Origin: Bipalium vagum
Taxonomy: Eukaryota
Length of the DNA stretch: 42,131 nt
Assembly (NCBI GenBank): GCA_037834085.1
Contig: JBBMKC010262065.1
Location: 1 to 42,131, forward strand
Reading direction: 5' to 3'
The stretch's first letter is position 1. Every line of letters begins with the position of its first letter. Below, in pieces: positions 25,001-38,604 of this stretch. The position numbers and the translations under genes are program-made. The notes below the pieces were generated by a model. That model had not been told where the DNA came from. It was given only the letters and a program-made list of their open reading frames with translations, and did not search any database.

Positions 25001-28000
25001 CTTAATAAAGCTATTCAAAAAAATGAGAGTAATTTGCTGAACATAAATCTAAGCGAAAGAGGGACAGATGACTGAGCCGAGATCCTCAATTCTGCTTTAC
25101 AAAAAAATTTGATTAAGTCCGGCTGAAATGGTATTTGGTAAAAAGAACTACCGAGATAGAATATATAAGGTAGCTGAAGAACAGATTTCGAAAAGAAAAT
25201 GAAAGATATGAAAACCCATGTGGTCCAAAAGTCCATGACCAAAGATACGTCTTACAAAACCAAAACGGAAAAAGAATTGAAAGCAATGTCAAGAAAATTT
25301 AAAAATTTTGAGAACGGTTGTATGAGGAGGCTAATTAGACCTGGGGAATTTTCCGTTATTGGCCAAATATTTTAAAATTGGTCGGAGTTCTGGACAAATG
25401 AGAAGATTAGCACTCTTCGGTACAATATTGACCCCAATCTCATTGTACCAGTCCATGGCCGATTTTATATAGTGACATGTTGCCAAATCAGGCCAAAGCA
25501 CAACTGTTACGTTATGAACAAGTAACATAGGAAGAAGTAGTTTCTGCAAGCACTCCTCAACATAAATAGTTTGGTTCATAATACTACAGGTTACAAAAAC
25601 TCTGCTTTTCAAACCACATTTACAAATTGCTTGCCAAACCAAATATTTTCCAGGACAAAAAGCTGACCAGGAAACTGATTGAAGTCTGCCTTGACATAAG
25701 TTTCGTCATCCATTATCATGCAGTCAAGGTTGTGCACGATATTGTCATACAGTTTTCGTGAACGATATTTGGCGGTTGCCTGCTGTTTAACGTTTCTGTT
25801 TTGAACCTTGCTCTTTGCGGACTTTTTGAACATAACCAGGCGAAATTTTAACTTTTTAGCCTTATTTTGTGAAATTTACTTACCACTTCCTTGACCTTTT
25901 TCTCTGAGACAAATCCATTCTTTCGTCCACTTATAACTTTTCTTACTGTGCTTAATCGTTTAACAAAGTTTTTAAGCACAAGTGTTACCGTTGATTTGGC
26001 AAAATTAGGATTTTTGCAATATCTCTGTGAGATAAATCCACATTTTCCAGCTTTCTGCGCACAATTAATTCGCGAATACTTTCTTTTATTGAGACCGTTT
26101 TCAAATTTTTATAGAAAATAAAAAATTTTAGATTCTTTATTATAAATTAATGATTCAGCTATAGATCTGTATGCTTACCTATATTTTTAAAATTATATCT
26201 GAGGTTTGTATGTGACAAGTTTTTTCCGTATACACTCTATTTACGATACAAGATGAATTAGAAGAAAAAACGAATCATGATTTTTTGTATGGAATTAATA
26301 TTTCAAAATAAACTTACAATGAGCTCCTGACTGTCAACATTTAAGTTACTGGTATTATTATTTTTAAAGATTTTCATTGAATGTCTTCGGGAACTAAATA
26401 AATTTTCATGTGGGCTCCCTTGATATTGATATTTATTATTCGGTCTAGTTGTACTATATTTTATATCCCTTTTCAAGTCTAGAGTAGATGGTAACAATAA
26501 TATTGATGGAGATCTGGAATAAGAATTCTTCAGTTTTCTATTACAGCTATTCTTTTGTATGTTAGAATCGAGATGATTAGTAAAGGAAAAATTATTTTCC
26601 ATTTTTTTGTTATAAGCGCCAATACTCTTATCTTTACATTGACAGTTTCTCGAGTTTGAATTTTCCTAAAGTAATGCAAAAATTAAATAAAAAAATAAAA
26701 TAACATTTAATTGGGATTATATATTTACAGGAACCCATTTCAGATAAATTTTTTTTAAAATGAACAAATAATTTTTAATGCAATAAACAATTTCAAAATT
26801 AAATTATTTGTGCATATTTCCATCTATCTGTCAATTTCACTATCTTATGAAATATTAATCATAGTTATATGTTAGTCTTTTCATTTATTATTATTCCGAA
26901 CTTTTATTTAAAAACTTAACTCTGATAATTTCTTAAAATTAATATCAAAATTTAATTTTAAAAACTTTATTGAATCTTTTAATTTTGTAAATCTTATAAT
27001 TATTTAAGTATAAAATTCTTATTATGACTTTTATTCCACAGGCATAAATAAACATCACTCGTTGGCAGAAATGTATTGGCTCGTATGGACTTTATTTTGA
27101 TTAATAAAGTTTATTTTCCATTGAATTATGACATTTTTACTTTTATAGTTGTAAAACAACATTATTTTTGCACCAACCTAATAGATACAAAAATTTGTAG
27201 ATTAAAAAAAATTGAGTTTTAGACTTATGATTTTTTACAAATCTAATCTTTTCTTCAAAAAAAATCATTTCTTCATTATAATCTTTATTTTTCATAGTCT
27301 AAGTAAAAAATTATTTGTGTATAGAAAAATAAAGATTTTGATTTGCATTAGTAATTCTCATATGCTTTCAAGATATGATATTTTTAAAATGAAATACATA
27401 TCGAGGAACCGAAGATAGGGGTGAATTATAATGTTATTAGATGTTAATAAATCCATAAATTTTAAAAAAGCACTAAAAATAAGTGTTTTGTATTTTTCGG
27501 TTCCCTTAATTTTAATAATTCAAAAAACGATTCATAAAAGGTCTGAAAATTTTGAATGTCAATCAATAATTATATATTATTGTAAAAAATATTTAATACC
27601 CAATACTTATTAAAATTCGAATAATTACAATTTGGATTTCAAAATTTTCCTTCTCAATGGAATATCAAAAACTTACAGGTTTTGATGTATAAGATTTAGA
27701 ATTCATATTGGTAAAAAGATAACTTAAATGCCTAGACCCAGAAAAATTGTCCTTGTATTTTTCGTTTCCTCTGCTTGAATGAACAAGTCGAATGTTTTTA
27801 GAATCATCACACAATAAATTTCTATTTAGAGTAGATAAAGAACGAATTACTGGAATTGGAGTAATCATGGTGATTGGAATTTCAGAATTACCATCAACAT
27901 TATTATTATTACGAATTTCCCTATCATAGGAACAAATTGGCATATTCTCGTTGAAAATTTCGCCAAGTAAATAATCTGGCAATCCAAATTCTCTCAAGGC

Positions 28001-31000
28001 CTGCAATCTTAATTGATGAAAAACCATCATCCAACTGACACATGGCATAAATAGAGCTCTTTGTACAATGACACTTGATTGTAGATCCTTAACTCTTTTG
28101 TGGATTCCATTTATCATTCGACAATTTAAATAAAAATGTTTTTTGTTTGATTGTGTATTATTTAATGTGTTATTTGGTTCTATAATACAATTCTGTTGCA
28201 CTGACAAAAATGGAAATTGAGATTGTGAAGGTGGTATAAGAATAGGATGAATTCTACCAGGAGGATGAATACTTTCTATTTCATGAATAACTGAATCGTC
28301 ATAGCATTTTATCACCTTGTTATTACGGGATCGTTCGTTAATTAATAATTTCAATTGTTCATAGAAAGAAACAACAAATCTTGGTCCTTGGAATAAGGCT
28401 GGCTGTTTTTTATTATCAAATATTGATTCTGGTAGATCTAAACTTAAGATATTGTACTTAGGTTCATTAGTTCTTGACATAAATATTTCTGTCCTCATTT
28501 CACGAGGATTTATCATTCTAAACCATGACTGTTTTAATTGTACCGAATTGAATGGGTCACTCATTTCTAATATATTCGGTATAGATGGTATTACTCCTCT
28601 CCGGATTAAAGAATACATGAGACTTTCTGTTCCAGGAAAAAAATGATTAAAGTTTATATAGGGTAGTAAATCATTAATGATTTCGGCTAGAGTTGGATCA
28701 GTAAGATGTTTGTTCTTAGACTGTGTTCGTTTTGAATAAAAATCTTTCAGAAGAATAACAATACTGCTATCTTTATTCGTTTCTTTTGGGATAACAGGTA
28801 AATCGAGCTGTCCTTCACCCCATTTTACAATAGCATTAAGAATTTCGGATTCTGGAGCCTGGGTAAATTTTGATGAAACAATTTCAATTAAATCACTTTT
28901 AGTCATTAATGATAAATACGGTGAATATATAATTTGCATAAATTCTTCTCTAATCCAAGAAATCACATGTCTTCTAATAATTTCTGATCCAAAAGATTGC
29001 GAACTCCAACGAAGAATTTCTAAAAAATTATTGATAGAAATATGTTTAATAATGAGATCCTCACAAAGATGACACAATAGTTTGAATTCAATAAATGAAC
29101 CAATTTGATAAAGTTGCATCACATCGCGAATACAGTTAATACAATTGGGTAAAAAAGTATGAATATAAAGACCGGCTGCTGAAAGATTTTCGGAAATAGG
29201 ATGCGAAAAATTGGACACATTATTATTACTGTTATTTTGCATTCGTAAAGAAGCAGTTAGATCAAGGGTTGGTGATCGACGATCAGGATATTGCCTATTA
29301 ACAATAAGCTGCAAATTTAGCTGACCTGTATACATACAATATAATAATACGCGAGCATATCTGTGAGATATAATATTTTCTTCTAGTGTTATTCTCATAG
29401 GGGAACTAGTTATTGACTCAAATGAAGTCATATAATTTTGATGAGAAGTACTGCTCAATTCTCGATTTTCATTATTCTGTTCGATCAACTTCAATTCTAT
29501 AATTCGCTTGAAAAAAGCAGACCGAGCAGCCAAAAGAGCACGATGACATGGAACATCATATGAAACACCCAATGGAAAGTTACTTTCATAATCAATGGTT
29601 GTTTCATCAACTTGTTCGCAATTGCTATTGTTACTTGTATTAAAATGACAATGGCGGATAAAATTCATATACTGTGGATTTTGACTAAAAGTTTTAGCAT
29701 CAAAAGGCGAAAAATCTAAATTCAAGAAATCGGTGGTTTGAACGAATACTAATACACAATCAGTATCCGAAGAATCTTCAAAAAGTCTTTTCATATCAAA
29801 CTGTAAACGATTTGGTAAATGAAACTTTTCTCTAAGTAAATAAATCATATCCCAATTATCAATATGATCTTCGTCGATATCAAGCTGCTCTGTGTAAATG
29901 TATTGAAGAATACTTTTAAAAACAGTTGGCGTAACAGATGAATTGTCCAGATGAATAGGAATTGGTTTTTTTAAGTGCTTCTGGTGTTGACAAGAACCAC
30001 AAATAGTTGAACCAAAACTATGATAACTACTTAACATAATATCTGGCTGAGCTTTCCATGAATAAAAGCACTGTCTGAAAAAAACGGATCGTATGGACAA
30101 CAAAGCACGGTGAACTTTAAAAATTTCTCCTCTATAAGAAATTTCAGTATCAGCAAATAGTCCAGTTTTCAGAAGAAAATCTAAATCTTGCTGAATAATA
30201 AATGACATTTAATAATCAATCAAAATAATAGGTCATTTTAGTTTAGCATTTCCCATGTAGGAAAAAAGCTATTCAGTTAATTATTTAAAATTAAAGATTA
30301 ACATTCCATATAGAACAATGGAAGTAGTAAGCCATTAAATATTTTTGCAAATTACAAAATAATTTCTTATTATTCGCAATATATTAGGGTCATTCATAAG
30401 TAATTTCATTTTCTTGTTTAAGTATTTCAAAGTAATTTTTTTAGTTGATAAACAATTTGAATATATTGATTTATATATCAATTTGAAACTTAATAAATTT
30501 TCTACCAAAAATATACGAAGCGGAAGTTGAAGATGTGGTCTCAATTCGTATAGCCCAAATCTGGCTCAAAAAATTTAATGAAGGTGACAATGATCTATAC
30601 AATCAACCACCTTCCGGTAGGCTACTAAATGTGAATCAAGAAGCGCTATTCAATGTTTTTGAAACCAAACCATCGACTAGCATTCTAATATTGTCTGCTG
30701 ATCTAGGCTTTTCCCAAGCAACAGTTGTCCCACAGCTTGTCAAAAATCAGGCAAAGCGATATATGGACACGTGTAAAAAGCTGCTGGAAAATCCGCGGGA
30801 TGATAATTTCATTAGACAATTTAGAACTTCTGATTTAAAGTTTATATATTTTACCAATCCTCACAAAAATAATCAGTGGTTGGACCCTGGGCAAGTGACA
30901 AAACCTGTTCCAAAAAGAGACCGATCCTCACAGAAGACATTATTGTGAGTTTGGTGGAATTACGAAGGCATGATCCACTTCGAATTTATTCCAAATATTA

Positions 31001-33676
31001 TATCGCAGACCTATATTGTGCTCGGTTGGATCGAATGTTTCTTAAATTAAAGCTGAAATATCCGGCATTGGTCAATCGAAAGCGTCATGGTCTTACAGGA
31101 AAATAATGCGAATCGCACACTGCCAAGAAAAAAATCGAGAACATCAAAGAATGTGAATCTTTTGAAATGTTACCACATCCAGCATTAGTCCCGATCTTGC
31201 CCCATCGGATTACCATCTTTTTCGATCAACAGCACATTTTCTCCGAGAGCGTAGATTCAATAACTTGGACGAGATCGAAACGGCGTGCCAAGAGTTTTTC
31301 AGGTCCAAGGACAAGGAATGGTATCAACAAGGAATTCAACAACTAGCAGATAGATAGACTTAAAACTATTAATTCAAATGGCCTTTGAAACATAATATAA
31401 TTTTGTTTTTTTATTATTTTAAATAATAAACGAAATTACTTCTGAATTACCCTAATATTTTAAAAAATTACTCGTCTTGTTTAATTACATTCTTAGTTTT
31501 TAATTAAACAGATTTTATTAATATTTAAGCATTAAAAATTATTCTAAAAATACAAAATTATAAATTCTTAGTTCGAAAAATAAATATTATGCATATTAAT
31601 ATAAATCTATAAAAGAATATATTTGAAATTATTGAAAATAAAATTCTTTTCTAAATTGACATTAAAAATTATAAAATTAAATTAATTATAATTATTTTTA
31701 GTTAAATTCGATAAAAAATTAAATTTTTATGCAAATCTCTTAATACAGGGATGCCCAAAATCAACTTGACAAGTAACTTTATCGGCCTTTAATCATCAAT
31801 AAGAATTGTGTAAAAAAAAGCAATATGTGCTTGGTTTTGAAACCCATTGTTTATTAATAAGATAAATTTTATTAATTCACTCAGCTAATTTCGATCTTTT
31901 CTCCTACAAACTGAATCCAATTTCATTTACATCTTATTTTAATATAGTGAACTAGTTTAGCTGTGAAAAAGTCTATTGCAATTCTTTAAGTTAAGAAATA
32001 AAATTAATTTATTTCCTGTAGATAAAAATCATCCCGAACTACTTTTATCAGATGCAAAGGGGTTCTGAAAGTTGGCCTTCTTGCAGATATCGTGACATTT
32101 TAATAACTTAAACATAAACCTAAAAAGTAAAAACTGATATTACTCGAAAGTCATTTGATTGAATATAATTTTGAGAATGGAATACATTAACTGATGAACA
32201 ATTTCCAACAAAATTTGCGGTCTAAGTCATTGTGGATTTAAAACCAAAATTTCAAAAGCGATCTTCTGATATGGACATTTATTCAAAGGAGATTAGAATG
32301 TTTCAAAATTCATTTCATTCCAATATTGAATATGTTACAAGTCGTTTTCAAATGGAAATTATTGATTTCAAAACTAACGATCAAATCAATGATAAATACA
32401 GGAAAAGAAACGTCTGAATGAAAAGGACTTTCCAATTTTAAAGCAATTTGCTTATAGATTTTTCTAAATTTGGGACTACCAACTTATACGAATAAACTTA
32501 TTCAAGAATGAAGTATCCAAAATTAAAATACAGGACAATTTTATCGGGGTTTTAGATTTTAATCATAACTTTAAAAAAATTTTTAAGCCAAAATCTATCA
32601 TTCACATTAAAATTTGAATGAAATAAAATTTATTTTTTGATTTTTTATTATTTAACCTTGTTTGTTTAGTATTGTTGTGTATTTAATTAAATTAATAATT
32701 AATTTATTTTTGAAATTTTCATGACAATTTAGAAAATAAAATTTCATTTTCATTAATTTAAAGTAAATTATTTAATAGATTTATGTTCATATTGATTTCC
32801 TGTGTTACATAAAAATGAATAACTAAAGAAATATATATTAAAATTTATAATAATTGTGAAATTTGAACTGCTGGAAATTTATAAAATAGAATCATGTACA
32901 TTATAAACAAGACAAAATATCAAATTTTTCAAATCAAGTAAATTGTTTATTAAAAAAATTTTAAATTGATTACTTTTTAAACTAATAACATGTAAACGTA
33001 ATTAATTCAAAGCTTCGATAAAATATCAAGAATATTTTTTTCAATTTTATTAGAAGCCACACGAAAATTAAAGTTTTTGTAAAATTTTTTTGAAAGATTT
33101 AAAAATTCAATATTTTAAAACTAAATTTAGAATTCTAATTAGTCAACATTAATTGGAAAATTGTATATTATCTAAGAAATTTTAAATAATTTTATTTTAA
33201 TTTAAAAATATTAATACCATTAATGATGGAACAACTGGTCGGCTATCTATAGCCTGTTTTTCCAATTCTTTTAAAATACTTATAGCATCATACTCATGCT
33301 TTAAAGCTTGTAATTCTTTTGGTGACCAAGTAGAAATAAATTCGTAAAACAATTTTGAATAGTCCAAACCATTAGTATTCATTTTTCTTTTAAATTTTGT
33401 AACCTTTTTTTTCAAATTGTGCAACTTGTACATTCCTTTTGTTGGAATTTGACTAATGCAAGATATTGATTGATTAGAAAAAACGTTTGATTTTTCTTTA
33501 TCGAGGCATTCTGGTACCTTCCTAAATAATCCTTGATATACATTTTATTAAATATTTATTCAAAACCTTTGCATTTTTAAAAAGTTTTGATTTCCAGCAT
33601 TTAAATTTTCGAAAGAATTAGATCTATTGTAGCAATAAAACCTGGTCTCATTAAAACTAGAAGTTGACAAACCCAT
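22074..33676 (-). CDS. BTBD7: BTB/POZ domain-containing protein 7 orthologue (2x BTB + BACK-like), ~1195 aa
   Basis: Exons 33676-33567, 33521-33218, 30190-27677, 26665-26318, 22385-22074, all GT-AG and in phase. The spliced protein MGLSTSS..LKKK..DYSKLFYEFISTWSPKELQALKHEYDAISILKELEKQAIDSRP..QDLDFL..FKVHRALLSIRSVFF..PCHRALLAARSAFF matches the BTBD7 N-terminal block as I recall it. The C-terminal exons are less certain. Confidence 0.88.
23619..23725 (+). mobile_element. pogo/Tigger-like left terminus
   Basis: Starts CAGTCGAACCC.GTTAAAACG, with subterminal AACCCCGTTTTAGTGA / AACCTCAACTTTAACGA repeats. Confidence 0.5.
23727..23817 (+). mobile_element. Diverged truncated copy of the tRNA-LTR TRIM (3' part of LTR plus PBS)
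   Basis: GTCAGAGTAGTCCATGTGCATGTGAAAGGTTCTTGATTCGAATCCCAGTATCTCCCATTAATTTTCAACTAACT followed by TGGCGACC; colinear with the 16.1 kb LTR-PBS junction. Confidence 0.85.
24853..25354 (+). mobile_element. Deleted Ty3/Gypsy remnant: two LTR starts flanking an integrase C-terminus
   Basis: 32-bp direct repeat at 24856 and 25321 (29/32 identical), each preceded by TG. Between them: RGTDD*AEIL, NSALQK, SPAEMVFGKR. A purine-rich run precedes the second copy. Confidence 0.55.
25355..26240 (-). mobile_element. DD37E (ITmD37E/TRT-like) transposon, 3'-truncated
   Basis: MDDETYVKADF.QFPGQ; MVWQAICKCG; WPDLATCHY..CPELRPI, with exactly 37 residues between the second D and the (mutated) E position. Confidence 0.88.
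27020..27183 (+). mobile_element. Hsmar1/cecropia-type mariner 3' remnant
   Basis: TGINK..RWQKCIGSYGLYFD**; TIR TTTTTGCACCAACCTAATA. Confidence 0.75.
30382..31457 (+). mobile_element. Decayed mariner (DD34D) with an internal deletion, related to the 3960-5260 copy
   Basis: TIRs TATTAGGGTCATTCATAAGTAATTTC / GAAATTACTTCTGAATTACCCTAATA; shared [10 protein letters not shown]; [12 protein letters not shown]. Confidence 0.92.
31860..32610 (+). mobile_element. hAT (SPIN/GTF2IRD2-like) transposase C-terminal remnant
   Basis: KLAFLADI, FQMEIIDFKTND, FPILKQFA, FGTTNLYE..SRMKY (hATC-like). Confidence 0.75.
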
Positions 33677-34569
33677 CAATTCATCGGTTTTAAGATTGCC
33701 TTATTAATAATTTCAATAGAAAATTTTAATTCTTACAATATCATTTATAAAAAAGACTTACAATTAAATTATGTACTATGACTTCATATGAAATAAAAAT
33801 AATTTAAAAAAATTAACAAGACAAAGTTGTTTGTAACTTTTTGTATATTAAAGCAATTTAAACAATCATTTTATAATTTACAAAATTTCTTAATTTCAAG
33901 AAAAATCTTAGTTACATTAATTTAATTTAATTAGATATAAAGTAAAATAAATATTCAATATACTGTCATATTTTCTTTTCTAAAATCTAACTATCAATAT
34001 AATTGATTTATAAAGACTAAAAAATAATCCTAGTAATGGCAATTTTGCAATTTTCTTTTCAAAATTCATAATTTTTTGTTTAAATTCAATTTGTTATTAA
34101 ATTTTGTGATTTATCTTTTTTTTTCGTTTGGCCAGACCTAGTTAGCACATATTTTAATTCAACTTTTAAATATTATGACAAAAGACCAAATTTAGAAAAG
34201 TTTAATATAACAATGCATATAACCAGGAACTCACATTCTGTAATATCTTGTAGATAGGGTGCTTACGATGAAATCCCATTAATTACTGATAGTGTAATGT
34301 ATGTTTTGGGCTACCCTTATAATCTCCATACTGTGATGGATATATAATACTATAAGTACTTTTATTCAGTTTTATTCAGAAGTACATGTTTCCAAAAACA
34401 ATTTCCAAAGAATTTTTTTATAAATGTAGAAAAAAAAATTCTCAAAAACACCAACTTTTTTATTTTGAATACAAGACTAAAACATCAGTAATAACATTTT
34501 TATTTACATTTCAAATGACCAAACACATTTTAAGAAACAGTGAACCTCGTGAACAATTGGATACTGGAA

Positions 34570-35460
34570 ATTAGTAGATTGTATTCATACCTTTATTTTT
34601 AATTACCTCTTTGATCCTTTTTGGTATGCTTTCGTAAAGATTTTTAATCTTGGATGTTTAATCGTCGCTCAATGATCCTCCGAATTCTTCCGAAGTGCAT
34701 CAATATTTGCAAGCCTACATATATGATCTCTGAAATTCAAATAAACCCACGACAGATCAATTACATACAGATCTATTAATTGAGCCGGCCAATCACTCAG
34801 TACGAATAACTTGGACTTTTATTAACTTGGTAACTAATCTTAACTTATGGCATGAAGTTCCATCTTGTTGAAATATATTCTGTGCCTCATATATTGGCAG
34901 TAACCCTTTCTTTATCATCCTGGTAAGCATCAGAATTCATCCGATCAAAACAACTTATGAGAACTCTGATACCATCTTCTTTGATTGCTCCACAAACTAT
35001 CAAACTCTTTCCTCCAAATTTAACAATTTTCGTAGTATATTTTGAATTTTATCTGGATTCTTGTGACCTATGATCGTATTATCTTCTTCTAGATATTTGG
35101 TTTATTTAAATATGATTTCTTCACTGCAATTCATCCGAAAAAACCACGCTTACTTAGAATGCGCTTCACAGTACTAACTGAAGACTTTTGGCTTGATTTC
35201 CAGTCGATAAAAAGACTACATACTGTTTTCTGGGTATTTTGCTTTGACATTCGAATAAATGATTTTTCTGATCTTTTTATATTTTTTGGCTTACGATCAC
35301 TTTTACATAAGTTTCCCAATGTTCCACATTGTTACAGTTTCCGTATAATATGTTGAACAGCATTCCTTGAAATATTGATTTCATTTGAAACTTTCCTCTG
35401 AGACAAACTCTTTTAATTTTTAATGACTAGTTTCCGAATATTTATTGATATCTTATCCAT
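34570..35460 (-). mobile_element. Decayed Tc1 transposase
   Basis: N-terminus SQRKVSNEINISRNAVQHIIRK, SVSTVKRIL, KFGGKSLIVCG, FQQDG; C-terminus YESIPKRIKEVIKNKGMNTIY*. Confidence 0.85.
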
Positions 35461-35659
35461 ATTTAACAAAAGAATTTCTAAAATTTAAAAAATATATTAC
35501 TTAACCATTATTTAAATATTGTTGATATTATATAATTGTTGTTTTACTTAAAAAATTAGTTTAAACCTTAAAATAGTTTATATATTTAAATAACATCAAA
35601 ATTAAAAAACGGCTTTTATAGCAAATTTTTTAAAATAATTATCAAACCTTTATTTGTAA

Positions 35660-36140
35660 TAATTTTTAATGAAATATAAAGCTAACACATACACGATGCG
35701 ACGGACAATTGTATAATATAAGAAGTATGTTCTTATTTTTATTTTTCTGCATGCGATAAAATTTTATTAACCATTCATTAAAAATAATTGTTGTCATCCG
35801 TTCTGATTTTTTAAAATAATAGTAACAGATTTCAGAATAGTTAAAGTGTTTTAATGACCTTGGACTTTTGAATTTTCCGACAACTAATGACTTCATTTTG
35901 ATAGATCCTGTCATGTTTGCATGAAAATACTGTTACTATATCCTTGAATGTTTTGATTCCTTTTCTAGTTTTCGACATAAGACTTTTTGAAGGAGATTGT
36001 TTAAAAAATAGAGCAGTTTTATCACAATTAAATATGGAATCAGGATCATACATATTAATCTTTTCATGGATCAAATTGTAATAGTCTTCATAATCTTTAA
36101 AATATTTGTTCGATGCCTCGCCTGATAAAGATATAAAGAT
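35660..36140 (-). mobile_element. pogo/Tigger (DDE_1) transposase fragment
   Basis: YDPDSIFNCDKTALFFK, MTGS.KMK.LVVGKFKSPR, ILLILYNCPSH. Confidence 0.85.
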
Positions 36141-36319
36141 ATATTTATATACAAAATGACAGATACGGACCACCGTCCTAGACATTTTTATTTAATGGTC
36201 CTCCTTTGGAATTTGAAAAAATCATTTTTTATAAAATTTTATTTTTAGGGTCTCAACTGTTTATAAATACGAAAATAGCAATTAAACAAAACAAACATGA
36301 AAAAGCCACATTTATTATT

Positions 36320-37340
36320 ATTAATTCATAAAAGATCACGTGTAAATTCTAAGGTACGCGCTGAATCGTCGTCATTTAAGAGAAAATGATTTTCCAATTT
36401 ACTTGCAAGTTGAAGGCCTTCGAAAATTAAATTAACACTAAGTGGGACTGATTTTTTTCCTGATTCATTGTCTTCAAAAGGATATTCGATGGGATCTAAT
36501 TCCAAACTTTTTAAAATTTCTTTGTCACATAAGGCTTCGTCCTGAAGCAATTTTTCAATACCGTTTTCGTCAAATTTATCAAAGCCTTCGCCACTATTTG
36601 CTTTGGCCATTGAAATAATTTCTGATGATATGGTTGTATTTGATTTGGTACATCTTTATTAGACACGCATTCAGACCAAACTTCTTTCCAGCATGCGTTT
36701 AATGGGTATTTAGCAATTTAAGCAATTGCTAATGCGACATGTTTTATACAGTTTAAAATATTAAAATCCTTCCGTACATCTGAAACTGTGATTGATTCAG
36801 TTTTTAGCTTATCGAAAATGTAATGAAAGGTTGAGTTTAAATTATTTTTTGAATGCCAAAATAATGCCCTGGTCTAATGATTGAATTAAGATAGTTATAT
36901 TTGGAGGGATAAAAATTATTTGTATGTTAGGATGTTCTACCTTTTCATGACCTGGTGCATTATCAAGAACTAATAAGATCTTAAATTCAAGACCTTTCTC
37001 TTTCATATAAATTTTGACTTCAGGTACGAAGCAGTTATTAAATTACTGAGTGAAAATCCCTGTAGTTACCCAAGCTTTTTTGTTTGGCATAAATGTACAT
37101 GTAGCTTATTTCTATCTTTTTCTTTTATTGCAAGTTGTTTTAAAGATTGATTTACAAGTAGTGGTTTCAACACTATCTCAAGATGCATTGCTGCAAACCA
37201 GTAAAGTAACGATCTTTGGCAGCTTCAGAAACACTTGCAAATTTTTCAAAACTTCTTATATAAGTGCAATTGGGCATTTTTTCCAAAATAATCCGGTTTC
37301 GTCCGGCACAACATTCACCATCTTTAATAATTTTGGCAAA
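36320..37340 (-). mobile_element. Tigger/TIGD1-like transposase remnant
   Basis: DETGLFWKK, KAAKDR, KKAWVT, FKILLVLDNAPGH, FIPPN, LDQGII; acidic C-terminal ORF 36326-36610. Confidence 0.85.
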
Positions 37341-37419
37341 CTCTTATATACTTTCATACACTCTTATGTATCTTGTCATATATCATATTAACAGAAGTGT
37401 AATTATTATAATATTTGTA

Positions 37420-38123
37420 TTATTATAATTGTCCAAGACCTTTTTCGTATGTTATTATCGTACTTGATCCATTTTTCGTCACATGTAATAAGACGTATCA
37501 AAAATGGATCGATCATGTTTTTATTCAAAAATGTTTGGCATATTGAAATTCGGTCTTTCAAATTCTTTTCAGTCAAATTATGCGGTATCCATATATCCAG
37601 TTTCTTTGTATGTCCACATTTTTCCAAATGATTTAAAACTGTTTGATGATGAATCACAAATTACTGAGCTATTTCGAGCCTGCTTATATTCCTGTCTTCT
37701 TCAACCTTCCTAATTATTTTATCGACTTTTTTAACAGATTGGTCAGCCAGAACGAGGTGCGTCTTTGACATCAAAATTTCCGGAACGAAATTTAGCGAAC
37801 CATTCACTGACTGTTCTATCCAAAACAGTATCCGCCCCATAAAGAGTATTAATCTTTCTACTTACCTGTGTAGCATTTTTACCTTTCAAGAAATAAATTT
37901 TCATTTTGGATCGCATTTCTTCTTTATTTATATCCATTGATAGAGATGAATAAAATTTTATTAATTAATCAAAATGCCTACTTTTCAAAGTTATTTGAAT
38001 GCTAGGATTATAATAAAATATAAAATGGTATGTTAAAACAATATCAATTTCAATCAAACTACATAAAGAACATTTTCACCGCATATTAACAAAATCGGCG
38101 GAAACTTTTTAGATTAGCCAATA
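37420..38123 (-). mobile_element. Mariner, 5' half
   Basis: MDINKEEMR..WFAKFRSGNFDVKDAPRSG; WIPHNLTEKN; LITCDEKWIKYDN; TIR at 38091-38123. Confidence 0.9.
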
Positions 38124-38604
38124 TATATACATGATTGAATTTTATTTATTATAAAAATGGAAATTACATTGGGAAATGAAATAATTAATAGAATTTAATT
38201 AAATATGAAATATAATAAGTAATTTGTATTAATTTTGTTAAAGTAAAATAAGTTTTCTATAGTATATAATTTATCATTATTATCCCTCATAATTTTCAAC
38301 ATTTAATAAAAAATTTCTGAATTTCTTAATATAAAAGTATATTGAGGTACATTTATAATTTAATGTTTTCATTAAATTCAGAATATAATTAAATTTTAAC
38401 TAAAAATTAAAAAATTTGAAGATAACTTTATCTTCTAAATCTTTTATTCTTAAAATTATGGAACTGTTGACTGACAATCTGAAATAAAATAAAAATAATT
38501 TTAGATAATATCTCAGAGTTATAAATTTCTCTAATTATTTGAAATATTATTTTTTTATTTGTGTCATTATTTAAAGATTTAAAAATTCATATTAAAAACC
38601 AATG

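Noticed and set aside
27665-30208. BTB ORF as a stand-alone 847-aa gene
   Set aside because: It is an internal exon with an acceptor at 30191 and a donor at 27676; upstream exons supply the conserved N-terminus
34255-34335. Possible snoRNA, hammerhead or SECIS (GATGA..CTGA within a GGGTGC/GCTACCC stem)
   Set aside because: The required stems and boxes are incomplete; the - strand reads more like a decayed Tc1/mariner catalytic fragment
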